Sequence record: NC_041871.1
From: Escherichia phage Murica
Reading direction: 5' to 3' (one strand)
Length of the DNA: 64,000 nucleotides
Part shown: positions 54,940 through 63,422 of the stretch, one piece after another
Layout: the number at the start of each line of letters is the position of its first letter
Position numbering within the stretch: the stretch's first letter is position 1
Made by a program: the position numbers and the translations under genes
The notes under the pieces: generated by a model
Databases searched by the model: none
Seen by the model: only the letters and a program-made list of their open reading frames with translations
Told to the model about the DNA's origin: nothing

Positions 54940-55917
54940 TTATTTGTTAGATTCTGCACGTGCACGAGCAAGTGCTTTTGCAACGTTTTCAGCAAGAATT
55001 TCTTCTGCGGATTTTGCAATATCATCCACAACAGGTTCGCCATCATTACCATGTTCAGTGGTGGCAAACTCTTCTTTGGTTTTATGCACCTCTGCTTCCA
55101 GCTCTTCAATTTTTGCTTGAGCTTTCTCCAGCATAGCTACGATAGGTTCGTTAGCTTTTTCCAGCATGAAGTCAACCAGGGTTGCATGATCTTCTTCACC
55201 AACAAAGCTTAAAGCTTGAGCCTTAGTCAGCATTTTAGCTTTTTCAACTTCAACCTGGGCCTTGATGATTTCTTCAGCTTTACTCTGGGTTGCTTTCAGC
55301 TCTTCTACTTGCTTCAGCAGATCCAGATACTCTTTAGTTTTGGTTACGTCCACCGGATTCTCCTCGGTATTTGCGGATTTTGCAATATCATCCACCTCGG
55401 TAGTTTTATCCACCTCAGCAGGTTCCTGTACCGCCTTGATCAGGTTCCCTTCTTTATCGAAGAGATCAGCGGTTACTTGTTCAAAAATCTGTTGTGTTTT
55501 TAACAGGCTGTACTGATCTACCACACTAAGCTGCTTGCCTTCTTTTGCAGCCTTATGAATGGTCACGTTATCACAACGCTCTTCCAGCCATGCAATACAA
55601 GACTCTGCGTCAGCTTGCGCCCATTCCCAATCAGGATGCTCTTTAGCCCAAGCCTCCTCTTCAATCTCAAAACCAAGAATGTGTGCAAGTGCTTTAGCAT
55701 CATCATACCACATATCGAAGAAACGACGCAGGTATTCTTCAAAACTAAGCTCCACAGTAACTTGGCGAAGTGCCTTAACAATATCGTCTGTTAACTGCTC
55801 CGGCTTAAGATCACTCTTCATCAAAAGAGATACAGGTCTGTTGTTAGCGCTATAGCCTTGCGCCTTATGGCACAGGGCGATCCCCTTCTCTTTAATAGTA
55901 ATCGTTTTTTCAGACAT
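54940..55917 (-). CDS. scaffolding protein, 325 aa
   Basis: Acidic, Lys/Glu/Ala-rich helical sequence; position between protease-like and capsid genes. Confidence 0.5.
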   Translation of the reverse strand: MSEKTITIKEKGIALCHKAQGYSANNRPVSLLMKSDLKPEQLTDDIVKALRQVTVELSFEEYLRRFFDMWYDDAKALAHILGFEIEEEAWAKEHPDWEWAQADAESCIAWLEERCDNVTIHKAAKEGKQLSVVDQYSLLKTQQIFEQVTADLFDKEGNLIKAVQEPAEVDKTTEVDDIAKSANTEENPVDVTKTKEYLDLLKQVEELKATQSKAEEIIKAQVEVEKAKMLTKAQALSFVGEEDHATLVDFMLEKANEPIVAMLEKAQAKIEELEAEVHKTKEEFATTEHGNDGEPVVDDIAKSAEEILAENVAKALARARAESNK

Positions 55918-56348
55918 TATTCATTGCCCTCTTCTACAACACTGATCCCGAAGTTTACGTTGGTAATTTCACCAGTTTCTTCATCAACATTACCTGTTGC
56001 CTGAATGCTTAGGCCACCAACAATGCCAGCCTTCTTAGCTTCCCATAATTCAGGATTATTGTATTTAACTTTAGCAACCCAAGAGCCAGCCTTGATGACC
56101 TGCTCAGTGCCAATTACTACAACATCAAACTCTTCTTGAATCCACGTCTTTTCAATAGTGAAAGCATCTGTAGAGGTCAAGTGGAAAAGGTTTTCAGAAA
56201 CTAGGCCTGCGGCGTATGCTGCGTCCCAGTTATCTTTAGCCTTTTTGATGGTGTCTTTACTCATCCACTCACCGTGAGCATCTTTAGTGTCAGGTTCGTA
56301 GATGATTTCGTAGGAAATCATTTCTTCCTGTGGCATCTTATTCCCCAT
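55917..56348 (-). CDS. putative prohead protease (XkdF-like), start trimmed
   Basis: Track ORF overlaps the portal gene by 89 nt; re-called to ATG 56348 (MGNKMPQEE…). Motif YEPDTKDAHGEWMSKDTIKKA resembles the XkdF-type protease N-terminus. Confidence 0.4.
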   Translation of the reverse strand: MGNKMPQEEMISYEIIYEPDTKDAHGEWMSKDTIKKAKDNWDAAYAAGLVSENLFHLTSTDAFTIEKTWIQEEFDVVVIGTEQVIKAGSWVAKVKYNNPELWEAKKAGIVGGLSIQATGNVDEETGEITNVNFGISVVEEGNE

Positions 56349-56403
56349 GTGGATTATTTTATCACGCCAAAGGAGGTTTTGCAACCCCCTGTGTTGATAA
56401 TTT

Positions 56404-57960
56404 TTAATTTTCCATGTTGGATATGGAATTATCTCTGGTTGATGACATCTTAGAAGTGCCGTTACCAGTGGATCCTGCAGCCATTCCATCACCAGCTCTA
56501 CTGATGTCCTGGCCCAAGAGCTTCATCAGCTCTTCCTGATCCATGTCCTCGTCAAATCTTTCATCAAACCCACCTACTTCAAGAATCTTATTAATTACTG
56601 CAGGAGTTTTTGGCAAGTAACCTACAGCACCGATCCTCTGGACAAACTTGGAGAAGCTCTCCATGTCCACCTCTTCAATCAGACCAGGTTTCAGTTTAGG
56701 CATATCATCATCTTCAAGGATGATACCATTCAATGCCAGAAGTTGTGGAATAAGATCTTTGTTGAAGGCTTCAGTGATAATATCTATATCACGCTGAACA
56801 AAATGACCATGGATAGACTGTTTTGACTCAGACAGAGAGAAGGATCCAACGTTATCGTTACCGAGGTTAATAAAGCCAGCACCGAAACGGTCAAGAATCG
56901 CCTTCTTACGGGCATCAATCAAATCTTTAGTGGAATACTGCTTACCCATACCGTCAACCCCCTTCAGGGTCATGGAGTAAAGCTCTTTACCAGACTTATC
57001 TCTATCAGACGGAAGTATAAAGAAACTTTGCTCACCACTATGGGCGTTTGCTGCGTCAAGCATAAGGTCTGCAACCATTCTCCCCTCCATTGAATTCGGG
57101 TCAATGCTGGCCTTGTTCAAAATATTGGAAGGAATTTTCAGCTCAAGCACACCACCAAGGTCTTTGGAACAGCCAACAACCTCAAGGTTTTCAATCAGAA
57201 CTTTCTCACGGAAAGATCTGTAGCAACCTATCATAGGTGACACACCTGCAGGGTTAGATTCTGTTCCTGACAGGGTCATGAGCATAAGCTTTTTAGCAGG
57301 GATGAAAATTTCAGGCTCATTAAAGCCTTTTGAAGGCATTGCAGCAAGAGGTCCAGCCCAGCGTGCATTCTGAGTGTTTAGAAATGCATTAGGTGACTGA
57401 TAAATACCTGTCAGTGTTCTACTGTTCTTGTCAAAGACAAACGGCTCTGATCTGGACAAACTGGCCTGAGGTCGGAATGCAATTTTATCAATAAGAAGCA
57501 TCCCGGCGTATTTACCTTCTTTCTCTCTGCGGTATACTTTCTCAAACAGTGAAAAACCATACTCGTTAAAGGTAGCTGCGCTTCTTGCAATATCTCGAAG
57601 AGTTTGTTGGTTTGCCAAATTACGCAAAGAATACTCTATAAGCTCTGCAGCTTTCTTAGAGTCTTCACTTTTAACATTATAAAGGATCTTAAAATCATTG
57701 AATGCTTTCGTGATGAAAACATATTTTGTATCTAAGGCAGTAGCAACTGTGGAATCACATTTCATAGTCTCCACTGTAGCAATCAGCTGAGGCCAACGCA
57801 ATTCCTCAACCATCATAGATTGCGATTCTGCCATAATTTGGGAAAGTGCGCCAGAACCGATCTCACTCATACGAACATTATGAGTTGGTGCGCCTGCGTT
57901 CCCAGATTTATTCACAGTTTTGGCTGTGGCGTTGTGTTTCCTGCGGTTCTTTTTGGACAC
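56404..57960 (-). CDS. portal protein, 518 aa
   Basis: Size and position immediately downstream of the large terminase; acidic C-terminus. Confidence 0.6.
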   Translation of the reverse strand: MSKKNRRKHNATAKTVNKSGNAGAPTHNVRMSEIGSGALSQIMAESQSMMVEELRWPQLIATVETMKCDSTVATALDTKYVFITKAFNDFKILYNVKSEDSKKAAELIEYSLRNLANQQTLRDIARSAATFNEYGFSLFEKVYRREKEGKYAGMLLIDKIAFRPQASLSRSEPFVFDKNSRTLTGIYQSPNAFLNTQNARWAGPLAAMPSKGFNEPEIFIPAKKLMLMTLSGTESNPAGVSPMIGCYRSFREKVLIENLEVVGCSKDLGGVLELKIPSNILNKASIDPNSMEGRMVADLMLDAANAHSGEQSFFILPSDRDKSGKELYSMTLKGVDGMGKQYSTKDLIDARKKAILDRFGAGFINLGNDNVGSFSLSESKQSIHGHFVQRDIDIITEAFNKDLIPQLLALNGIILEDDDMPKLKPGLIEEVDMESFSKFVQRIGAVGYLPKTPAVINKILEVGGFDERFDEDMDQEELMKLLGQDISRAGDGMAAGSTGNGTSKMSSTRDNSISNMEN

Positions 57961-58062
57961 AAGCTTTACCCCTCAAAACAGTATAACAAAATAGCCCTCG
58001 TGTTAGAGGGCTAGTATCTCCGATTACTCTATTCTACCACATCTAATTAAGATTGGCAACAC

Positions 58063-59610
58063 TTAGATAAAACGCTTGAACATAGAAGGTGATGAGATTG
58101 ATGGAATCACACAAGGAAGTGCTACCTCCTCTTTCTCCAGGAAATTAATCGCAGAAGCTACACAGTCTGCCCAGTCGTCTTTTCTGTTAAATGTTGATCT
58201 TTCTCCGTTGAATTTTTCAAGTTCAGTCAGAAATGCTTCCAGAGTATCAGGATGGAAACTGGATTTTACAATCCTCACCATTCCTTGTTGTGCAAGATTG
58301 GCAAAAGGTGAGAACCTTGTCAGTTTAGATTTGTTGGAAGGCATTGGGTCTTCTTCAACCCTGAACCCTTCGGCGAGCAAGGATCTGGATGAGGTTAAGA
58401 ACTCACTCTTACCTGCCTGACCAGGGTCCACAGAGAATACGATTATGCAATCATCACCATCAAACTGCGCCTGTTTCCTGATGATCACATCTCGTTCACC
58501 AGCCTTTTTACAGAACTTGCCTTCCAGACCTGTGGAATACCTCCCGTCATCCACGTTCTCAGGACAATAATCACCGGACAGGTAATAAAAGCCGTCGCTA
58601 TCTTTACTTACCTTAATACTGGCGGTAAAGTCAGGAAATTTATTACCGGAAGTTCTCTCGGTTCCTGCCTTATCCCATGCCCTGCAAGATACTGATCCAA
58701 TGGGTACTCTATCGGCATCACGAAGGAAAGATCTTTGAAAATAGTTTGCACCCTCAGGCTTTGCAAACCAGTTACCATGAAGAAGCTGAGCTTTTTCCAG
58801 TTCCGGCAGACCTTCAAGGAAAGCAAGGTATTCTGGGTTGTCTCTTAAGCAGACAGGATTATCGAATATTGTTGCGCCTATAAACGAGAATGACAACGGT
58901 CTTGGCTTGATCTCTACGCCAAGTCCGTTAACCGTGGTGTATTTCTCTATCAACTCTTCTTTAGAGTCTCCCCAGATAAATTCACCGTCGCGTCGGATAA
59001 AATATCTTTTCTTACCGCATTTCTCCGGATCTGGATACCCTTCATCGTCCAACCACCATCTAACCAGTTTGGCAAGCATGTGTTCTGAATCGGGGTTACA
59101 GCTGATAACCATTCTTGATGGATACTTTGACTGAGATCGCAGACGAGACATCAGATAGTCTATCTGCTCCCATTCGAACTGCGTGCCCTCATCGAAGCAA
59201 ACCATGGTGTACTCAAGCCCCTGATGGTTAAGCTTATCTTGTACATACTCCATATGGCAGTATTTTACAACAGCTCCCTTTTTGCTTCTATCCCACTTAC
59301 CAGTGTTCGGATCAAACCGTGGAAAAATGAACTTATGATCCTTCTCTCTGAACTTTGGCTTAATGTTTTCAGGCAGATCACTGTAAATAGCTACTGCTTT
59401 AGGCCATAGTCCACCCTCACCTTCCAACTGTGGGGTTGTTCTTCGGAACATAACCACAGAGCTGTGGGGGTCATCAATAATTTTAAGTGGCATCAACTGC
59501 AAGAGGAACGACTTGCCAGACCCTGCGGCACCGCCGATTACCAAAATATCTGCATCGTTTTCTAGGATCATCTTCTGCTTTTCAGAACACGGTCCGTAAA
59601 TCTTAGACAT
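58063..59610 (-). CDS. terminase large subunit
   Basis: Walker A GGAAGSGKS near the N-terminus, Walker B-like MVCFDEGTQF, C-terminal nuclease-like region with acidic residues; 515 aa. Confidence 0.85.
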   Translation of the reverse strand: MSKIYGPCSEKQKMILENDADILVIGGAAGSGKSFLLQLMPLKIIDDPHSSVVMFRRTTPQLEGEGGLWPKAVAIYSDLPENIKPKFREKDHKFIFPRFDPNTGKWDRSKKGAVVKYCHMEYVQDKLNHQGLEYTMVCFDEGTQFEWEQIDYLMSRLRSQSKYPSRMVISCNPDSEHMLAKLVRWWLDDEGYPDPEKCGKKRYFIRRDGEFIWGDSKEELIEKYTTVNGLGVEIKPRPLSFSFIGATIFDNPVCLRDNPEYLAFLEGLPELEKAQLLHGNWFAKPEGANYFQRSFLRDADRVPIGSVSCRAWDKAGTERTSGNKFPDFTASIKVSKDSDGFYYLSGDYCPENVDDGRYSTGLEGKFCKKAGERDVIIRKQAQFDGDDCIIVFSVDPGQAGKSEFLTSSRSLLAEGFRVEEDPMPSNKSKLTRFSPFANLAQQGMVRIVKSSFHPDTLEAFLTELEKFNGERSTFNRKDDWADCVASAINFLEKEEVALPCVIPSISSPSMFKRFI

Positions 59611-59897
59611 TAACCTCTCTCCTTTGGAAACAGTGTTCTAATATAGTCTTGCAAAATGATCAATTTAGCTCTATCATTGCTACAAGACAGATTATTATCC
59701 CTCATAATGCCAGAATTCACTGCATCTGGCGCACCTTTCTTCAAAGGCATAGCTTTAGCAGGTGGTTTCATGGCACCTTCCGGGGGTTTAACAATCAACC
59801 TTCCTACATCCGGAGGGTCAATCTTGTATTCTCTCTCAACGCTGGTTGCACACCCACATAATAACAAGCACACAATAAACAGTGTAGCAACTCTCAT
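59610..59897 (-). CDS. o-spanin (Rz1-like outer-membrane lipoprotein)
   Basis: Lipobox-like LLLCGCA after a hydrophobic N-terminus; Pro-rich mature region; coupled to the i-spanin gene. Confidence 0.55.
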   Translation of the reverse strand: MRVATLFIVCLLLCGCATSVEREYKIDPPDVGRLIVKPPEGAMKPPAKAMPLKKGAPDAVNSGIMRDNNLSCSNDRAKLIILQDYIRTLFPKERG

Positions 59898-60292
59898 CTA
59901 CCCTCCTGATTAATACTCTCATTATAAATATCTATAAGCTGATCAGGAAGTGTTGACTTCTTACCCTCAGGTGACTGGAGGTAAATAATCTGCTTTTCTT
60001 TACCTGCCTTCTCAGCCATATTTAATTTATCCTGTAGATCAGAAAGGGATTTTTCAAGGTTTTTAACCTCCTCTGCGTGGCCCATTTTAATTTTGTCGGC
60101 CTGCTTTTGTTGCTGATCAAGGATCCGTTCCCACTTTAACTCTGTTGCTGACACACCTTCTTGGTAGGCATCATTAAGCTTAGAGTTAAACCAATACACG
60201 GCCCCAAGATAAGCTGTACCTATCGCAGCTGCAAAAACTAAACCTTTTATGATCCCTCTATACCTGCTCAGCCATGTTAAAACTGAAATCAT
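59894..60292 (-). CDS. i-spanin (Rz-like)
   Basis: Single N-terminal transmembrane segment (IIKGLVFAAAIGTAYLGAVYWF) followed by a charged coiled-coil. Confidence 0.55.
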   Translation of the reverse strand: MISVLTWLSRYRGIIKGLVFAAAIGTAYLGAVYWFNSKLNDAYQEGVSATELKWERILDQQQKQADKIKMGHAEEVKNLEKSLSDLQDKLNMAEKAGKEKQIIYLQSPEGKKSTLPDQLIDIYNESINQEGR

Positions 60293-60309
60293 TTTAAGGC
60301 TCCAGAAAC

Positions 60310-60340
60310 GAAAAAACCCCGCAGCTATACAGCTAACGGG
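60310..60340 (-). terminator. rho-independent terminator after the 60398-60667 gene
   Basis: CCCCG … CGGGG stem with an inner AGCT palindrome, followed on the minus strand by TTTTTT. Confidence 0.45.
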
Positions 60341-60397
60341 GCGGGTTAAAATTGAGTAACCTAAATAGATCGAAACTAACTAAAAGGAGACTAATAC

Positions 60398-60667
60398 TTA
60401 TCGAGGCACTCGGTGGATGATTCTAACAGTAACTGCGTTTTCATTCATCAAGTATGCATCTACATCTCTGTAAATATAAAACTTCTGCTCACTATCAACA
60501 ACACAAGCTACCGCCCCTTCAGAGTTGTCTTCAAAAAAGACCACCACTGCATCGCAGCTGAGTTCATGATATGACTCTCGAAGATTTACAGCCAGAGGAT
60601 TGAAATCGTCACGAAAATCTACGGTATGGGTTGGATTTACACGCTCTACAATTTTAAGTGTATACAT
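60398..60667 (-). CDS. hypothetical protein (start trimmed to MYTLKIVE), 90 aa
   Basis: Track ORF extends to 60757, overlapping tRNA-Pro; ATG 60667 has AAGGA upstream. Confidence 0.4.
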   Translation of the reverse strand: MYTLKIVERVNPTHTVDFRDDFNPLAVNLRESYHELSCDAVVVFFEDNSEGAVACVVDSEQKFYIYRDVDAYLMNENAVTVRIIHRVPR

Positions 60668-60713
60668 TTTAAAGGTTCCTTTTGTTTGTATATGTTTAAA
60701 GTATAACTGAAAG

Positions 60714-60790
60714 TGGTCTCCACGGAGTGATTCGAACACTCGACCTCCTGATCCCAAATCAGGCGCTCTACCAAGCTGAGCTACGCGGAG
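60714..60790 (-). tRNA. tRNA-Pro (anticodon UGG)
   Basis: Hand-folded cloverleaf: 7-bp acceptor, D arm GCTC/GAGC, anticodon loop TTTGGGA, T loop TTCGAAT, encoded CCA. Confidence 0.7.
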
Positions 60791-60801
60791 TATTTATTAT
60801 T

Positions 60802-60876
60802 TGGTGGCCCTGGGTGGAATTGAACCACCGTCTGGCGATTATGAGTCGCTTGCTTGAACCTTCCAGCTACAGGGCC
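60802..60876 (-). tRNA. tRNA-Met or Ile2 (anticodon CAU)
   Basis: Perfect 7-bp acceptor GGCCCTG/CAGGGCC, anticodon loop CTCATAA, T arm GGTGG-TTCAATT-CCACC, encoded CCA; G1-C72 pair argues against an initiator. Confidence 0.65.
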
Positions 60877-60877
60877 T

Positions 60878-60953
60878 TGGTGCTGATGGCAGGACTTGAA
60901 CCTACAACCTATTGATTACAAATCAATTGCACTACCGATTGTGCTACATCAGC
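60878..60953 (-). tRNA. tRNA-Thr (anticodon UGU)
   Basis: Perfect acceptor GCTGATG/CATCAGC, anticodon stem ATTGA/TCAAT with loop TTTGTAA, T loop TTCAAGT, encoded CCA. Confidence 0.7.
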
Positions 60954-60958
60954 AAAAA

Positions 60959-61057
60959 GGTGCTAGGTGATGGAATCGAACCACCTATGTATTCAACGAC
61001 TACCTCGTCTATTTTCAGGATTAAAAATCCTCGCCCTTGCCAAAGGGCTTACCTAGC
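60959..61057 (-). tRNA. atypical tRNA-like element (99 nt): tRNA acceptor, D and T arms, but no canonical anticodon arm
   Basis: Perfect 7-bp acceptor GCTAGGT/ACCTAGC, D arm GCCC/GGGC, T arm GGTGG-TTCGATT-CCATC. The intervening 47 nt form two small hairpins (AGGAT-TTTTT-ATCCT and ACGA-GGTAG-TCGT). A Lys (UUU) reading needs a mismatched stem and a 29-nt variable region. Confidence 0.4.
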
Positions 61058-61154
61058 TCAGTATGTTGACCATGTTGCTAGTCGGCGATGACGACTGTAA
61101 CATTTGATAATCCGGTTCTGCTTCCGGCTTTCGCTTAATTACAAGGTCAACAAT

Positions 61155-61246
61155 GTGGCGGAGAGTAATGGAATCGAACCATCATCGAGTCATCCTCAAC
61201 GGGACGGTTTTCAAGACCGCTTGAGCACCATTGCTCCCTACCCTCC
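61155..61246 (-). tRNA. tRNA-Ser (anticodon UGA), type II
   Basis: 92 nt, acceptor GGAGGGT/ACTCTCC, anticodon stem GCGGT/ACCGT with loop CTTGAAA, long variable arm, T loop TTCGATT, encoded CCA. A TATAAT -10 lies 7 nt upstream. Confidence 0.65.
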
Positions 61247-61360
61247 TTTATAAATTATACTGATAATGACACTGATTTTCGAGCAGTTAGTGACTAGTAT
61301 AAACGACGATAAATATCAATGCCATTATCTGTATTATTTATGCATCTAAAAATATAAATT

Positions 61361-61447
61361 TGGTGGGGAGTGGTGGAGTCGAACCACCCGAGTCGCAATG
61401 ACAATAGATTTACAGTCTACACCGCTACCTCTACGGGATAACTCCCC
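61361..61447 (-). tRNA. tRNA-Tyr (anticodon GUA), type II
   Basis: 87 nt, acceptor GGGGAGT/ACTCCCC, anticodon loop CTGTAAA, T arm GGTGG-TTCGACT-CCACC, encoded CCA. Confidence 0.65.
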
Positions 61448-61451
61448 AATT

Positions 61452-61526
61452 TGGCACCCCGTACTGGACTCGAACCAGTGTCAACGGCTTAGAAGGCCGC
61501 TGCTTTATCCACTAAGCTAACAGGGC
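61452..61526 (-). tRNA. tRNA-Arg (anticodon UCU)
   Basis: Acceptor with two G-U pairs, D arm GCTT/AAGC, anticodon stem GCGGC/GCCGT with loop CTTCTAA, T arm ACTGG-TTCGAGT-CCAGT, encoded CCA. Confidence 0.6.
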
Positions 61527-61622
61527 ACTGGGTGGCTTTCTTTTACACCTTAGCCGCCAGAAAAGGTGGGAGACCATGTTTACAATATTACACTGTTAAG
61601 CAAAGTTTGTCAAGAAAATATT

Positions 61623-61961
61623 TTAGCTATTGCTAACAGGCTGTATTTCTGTAGTAAATGGCATAAAAGGTGCTGGTTTTTCAGCCTCTTCCACTACCAC
61701 CTCTTCCTCTTCACCAAACATCTCATCATATTCTTCCTGCATTCGGTCTGCCTTATCAAGAACATACTCTGCAATGCTTTGACGAATATTTTGTTTGGTT
61801 TTCGGGTCCAACATCAGCTCTCTTAAAACTTTGTGAGCTTCTGGAACCATCGCTATAAAAGATTCCTTCATATCAAGGATGTTCTTCTCTAGCTGAATGG
61901 CGTTGGACTCCTCTTTCAGAGGTCTGCCTCTACGGCGACGCTTTTTAGTTGTATCCGCCAT
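61623..61961 (-). CDS. small protein with basic N-terminus (KKRRRRGRP) and acidic C-terminal region (start trimmed to MADTTKK)
   Basis: ATG 61959-61961 with GGAGG RBS; the track extension upstream runs into a GC-rich noncoding island. Confidence 0.45.
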   Translation of the reverse strand: MADTTKKRRRRGRPLKEESNAIQLEKNILDMKESFIAMVPEAHKVLRELMLDPKTKQNIRQSIAEYVLDKADRMQEEYDEMFGEEEEVVVEEAEKPAPFMPFTTEIQPVSNS

Positions 61962-61989
61962 GTTTCCTCCATTATCACGTGATAGGTGG

Positions 61990-62230
61990 ATTTTATCATA
62001 GCAAATACTGATTGTCAAGTTCGCCGCAGGGTGGTATTCCCTGCGACTTGTCCAGCGTCCTGGACCAGCAAGACCCAACAAGTGGGTTACCAGAGCCCAT
62101 TACCGCACTTTGGCTCGACCTTATTACAGGTTGGCCGGGGTCACATCGTCATGTGCTGGCTGCCCCTACCATTTTAAGTGTGGTGCACTATCAAGCCCTC
62201 TAAGGGGAACTCAGCCTTCTCCGAACCCTG
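61990..62230 (-). other. GC-rich hairpin-dense noncoding island (candidate structured RNA or 5' leader)
   Basis: Perfect hairpins at 62026-62044 (GCAGGG/CCCTGC), 62050-62065 (GTCCAG-CGTC-CTGGAC), 62073-62087 (ACCCA/TGGGT), 62142-62155 (CACAT-CGTC-ATGTG); only short overlapping ORFs in all frames. Confidence 0.35.
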
Positions 62231-62305
62231 TTTCAAAGCATCCGGAGATAAAGCCATCAAATTCATCTTTAAATTGGATATTCATCATGATACACGAAAA
62301 CAACC

Positions 62306-62548
62306 TCATTGTAAAGCACAAATAAATAAAACATACTTAATTTGTTTGTTATCAGGCTCAGGGTAGAAGTAGAAGATCTTGCTATCACCGATCTGAACAC
62401 CACCATCCCAACAGCATAGCCCATAACCAGTATTCATACAAGCTAAGTCGTTGGCAAAATCTATTGCATCATCCAGTGCACGAAATTCACCTTCATCTTC
62501 TAAATAATCCTCATTCATGGAACGAAAAACGAGCTTAACCTTAAACAT
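62306..62548 (-). CDS. hypothetical protein, 80 aa
   Basis: ORF in track; weak RBS. Confidence 0.3.
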   Translation of the reverse strand: MFKVKLVFRSMNEDYLEDEGEFRALDDAIDFANDLACMNTGYGLCCWDGGVQIGDSKIFYFYPEPDNKQIKYVLFICALQ

Positions 62549-62624
62549 AGCATTACCTGTAGACCTCGTAAGTTAAAATTGCATCACATCATATTGCAGA
62601 TCTTATCAGGTAACACTATTTTTG

Positions 62625-62834
62625 TCAACAGATTCCGGCCTTATCCTTCCTGTCTGCGTATTCTTTAATCGCAACCTCATCTGCATTAGTGACCAGGTCT
62701 TCAAAGTAACTCTCAAGCTCCTCGTCAATGTCAGGAGACCAGCTCTTTTTCCTGTCAGTGTGAATTGCAGACTTGTTGAACTTATTACAGTTCTTTGCTA
62801 CCGGGTTGTTCATTAAGCGCTCCTCAGCGTTCAT
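62625..62834 (-). CDS. hypothetical protein, 69 aa
   Basis: ORF coupled to the upstream gene. Confidence 0.3.
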   Translation of the reverse strand: MNAEERLMNNPVAKNCNKFNKSAIHTDRKKSWSPDIDEELESYFEDLVTNADEVAIKEYADRKDKAGIC

Positions 62835-63402
62835 AGTAAATCTTATTTAACATTACCTCATCCTTTGCAGAAAGGATATCAAGATATGCATCACCAAATC
62901 TTCCTGCAACAACCTCTGCATGATACATCACTTCGTTAACATCGTCAAGAGTGATAACCGGATGACCATATCTTTCTGAATATTGTCTCAGGGTGCGATG
63001 TAACGAGTCGTCATCATATGCAGACTTTTTAATATCACAAACACGACGAATAGCCTTGATGTCGAAAAAACCTGTGCGATACCACCCAAGAAAAAGGTTT
63101 CGTGCAGTGTCAACATCTACATTGATACCATCAAGAACCTTATCTACAAGATAGCTGTCATCCTTTGGACCAGCGTCCTTAGTGCGAATGTAGTTGCCAT
63201 CTTTTCCAGGCGACATCTCCTTCTCATCCCCAACATGCATGCCATCATTTGGCGGTGTTAGCCACTTATCCGGATGCTTACGATCACGAGCGTTAGAATG
63301 ATTACGCTGGAAACCTGGCTTCCACTTGAAAGTTTTCTCCATCTGTTCTTCATTCTGATAACGTTTTGCAATCTTTTCACGGTCATCTTTGCGTGGACTC
63401 AT
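62824..63402 (-). CDS. hypothetical protein, 192 aa (first gene downstream of the regulatory region)
   Basis: ATG at 63400-63402 with GAGGAGG RBS; basic, Lys/Asp-rich. Confidence 0.45.
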   Translation of the reverse strand: MSPRKDDREKIAKRYQNEEQMEKTFKWKPGFQRNHSNARDRKHPDKWLTPPNDGMHVGDEKEMSPGKDGNYIRTKDAGPKDDSYLVDKVLDGINVDVDTARNLFLGWYRTGFFDIKAIRRVCDIKKSAYDDDSLHRTLRQYSERYGHPVITLDDVNEVMYHAEVVAGRFGDAYLDILSAKDEVMLNKIYYER

Positions 63403-63422
63403 AGCTGCCTCCTCTTCAAGTT

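Noticed and set aside
56349-56492. N-terminal 48 codons of ORF 55917-56492
   Set aside because: They overlap the portal gene on the same strand by 89 nt; trimmed to the ATG at 56348.
60668-60757. N-terminal extension of ORF 60398-60757
   Set aside because: Overlaps tRNA-Pro (60714-60790) on the same strand; start moved to ATG 60667.
60959-61057. Calling the 99-nt element a standard tRNA-Lys (UUU)
   Set aside because: That reading needs a mismatched anticodon stem and a 29-nt variable region, which is outside the range I know for tRNAs; kept only as an atypical tRNA-like element.
60714-61526. tRNA cluster as an integration (att) site or prophage boundary
   Set aside because: No integrase or excisionase and no flanking direct repeats; the tRNAs are tightly packed inside phage late-region context and look phage-encoded.
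61962-62081. N-terminal extension (MLGLAGPGRW…) of ORF 61623-62081
   Set aside because: The extension runs into the GC-rich hairpin island and lacks an RBS; ATG 61961 has a GGAGG SD.
61986-62325. Overlapping short plus-strand ORFs (61986-62177, 62012-62203, 62110-62325) in the GC-rich island
   Set aside because: Mutually overlapping frames without RBSs in GC-rich sequence, where random ORFs are longer; better explained as noncoding structured DNA or RNA.
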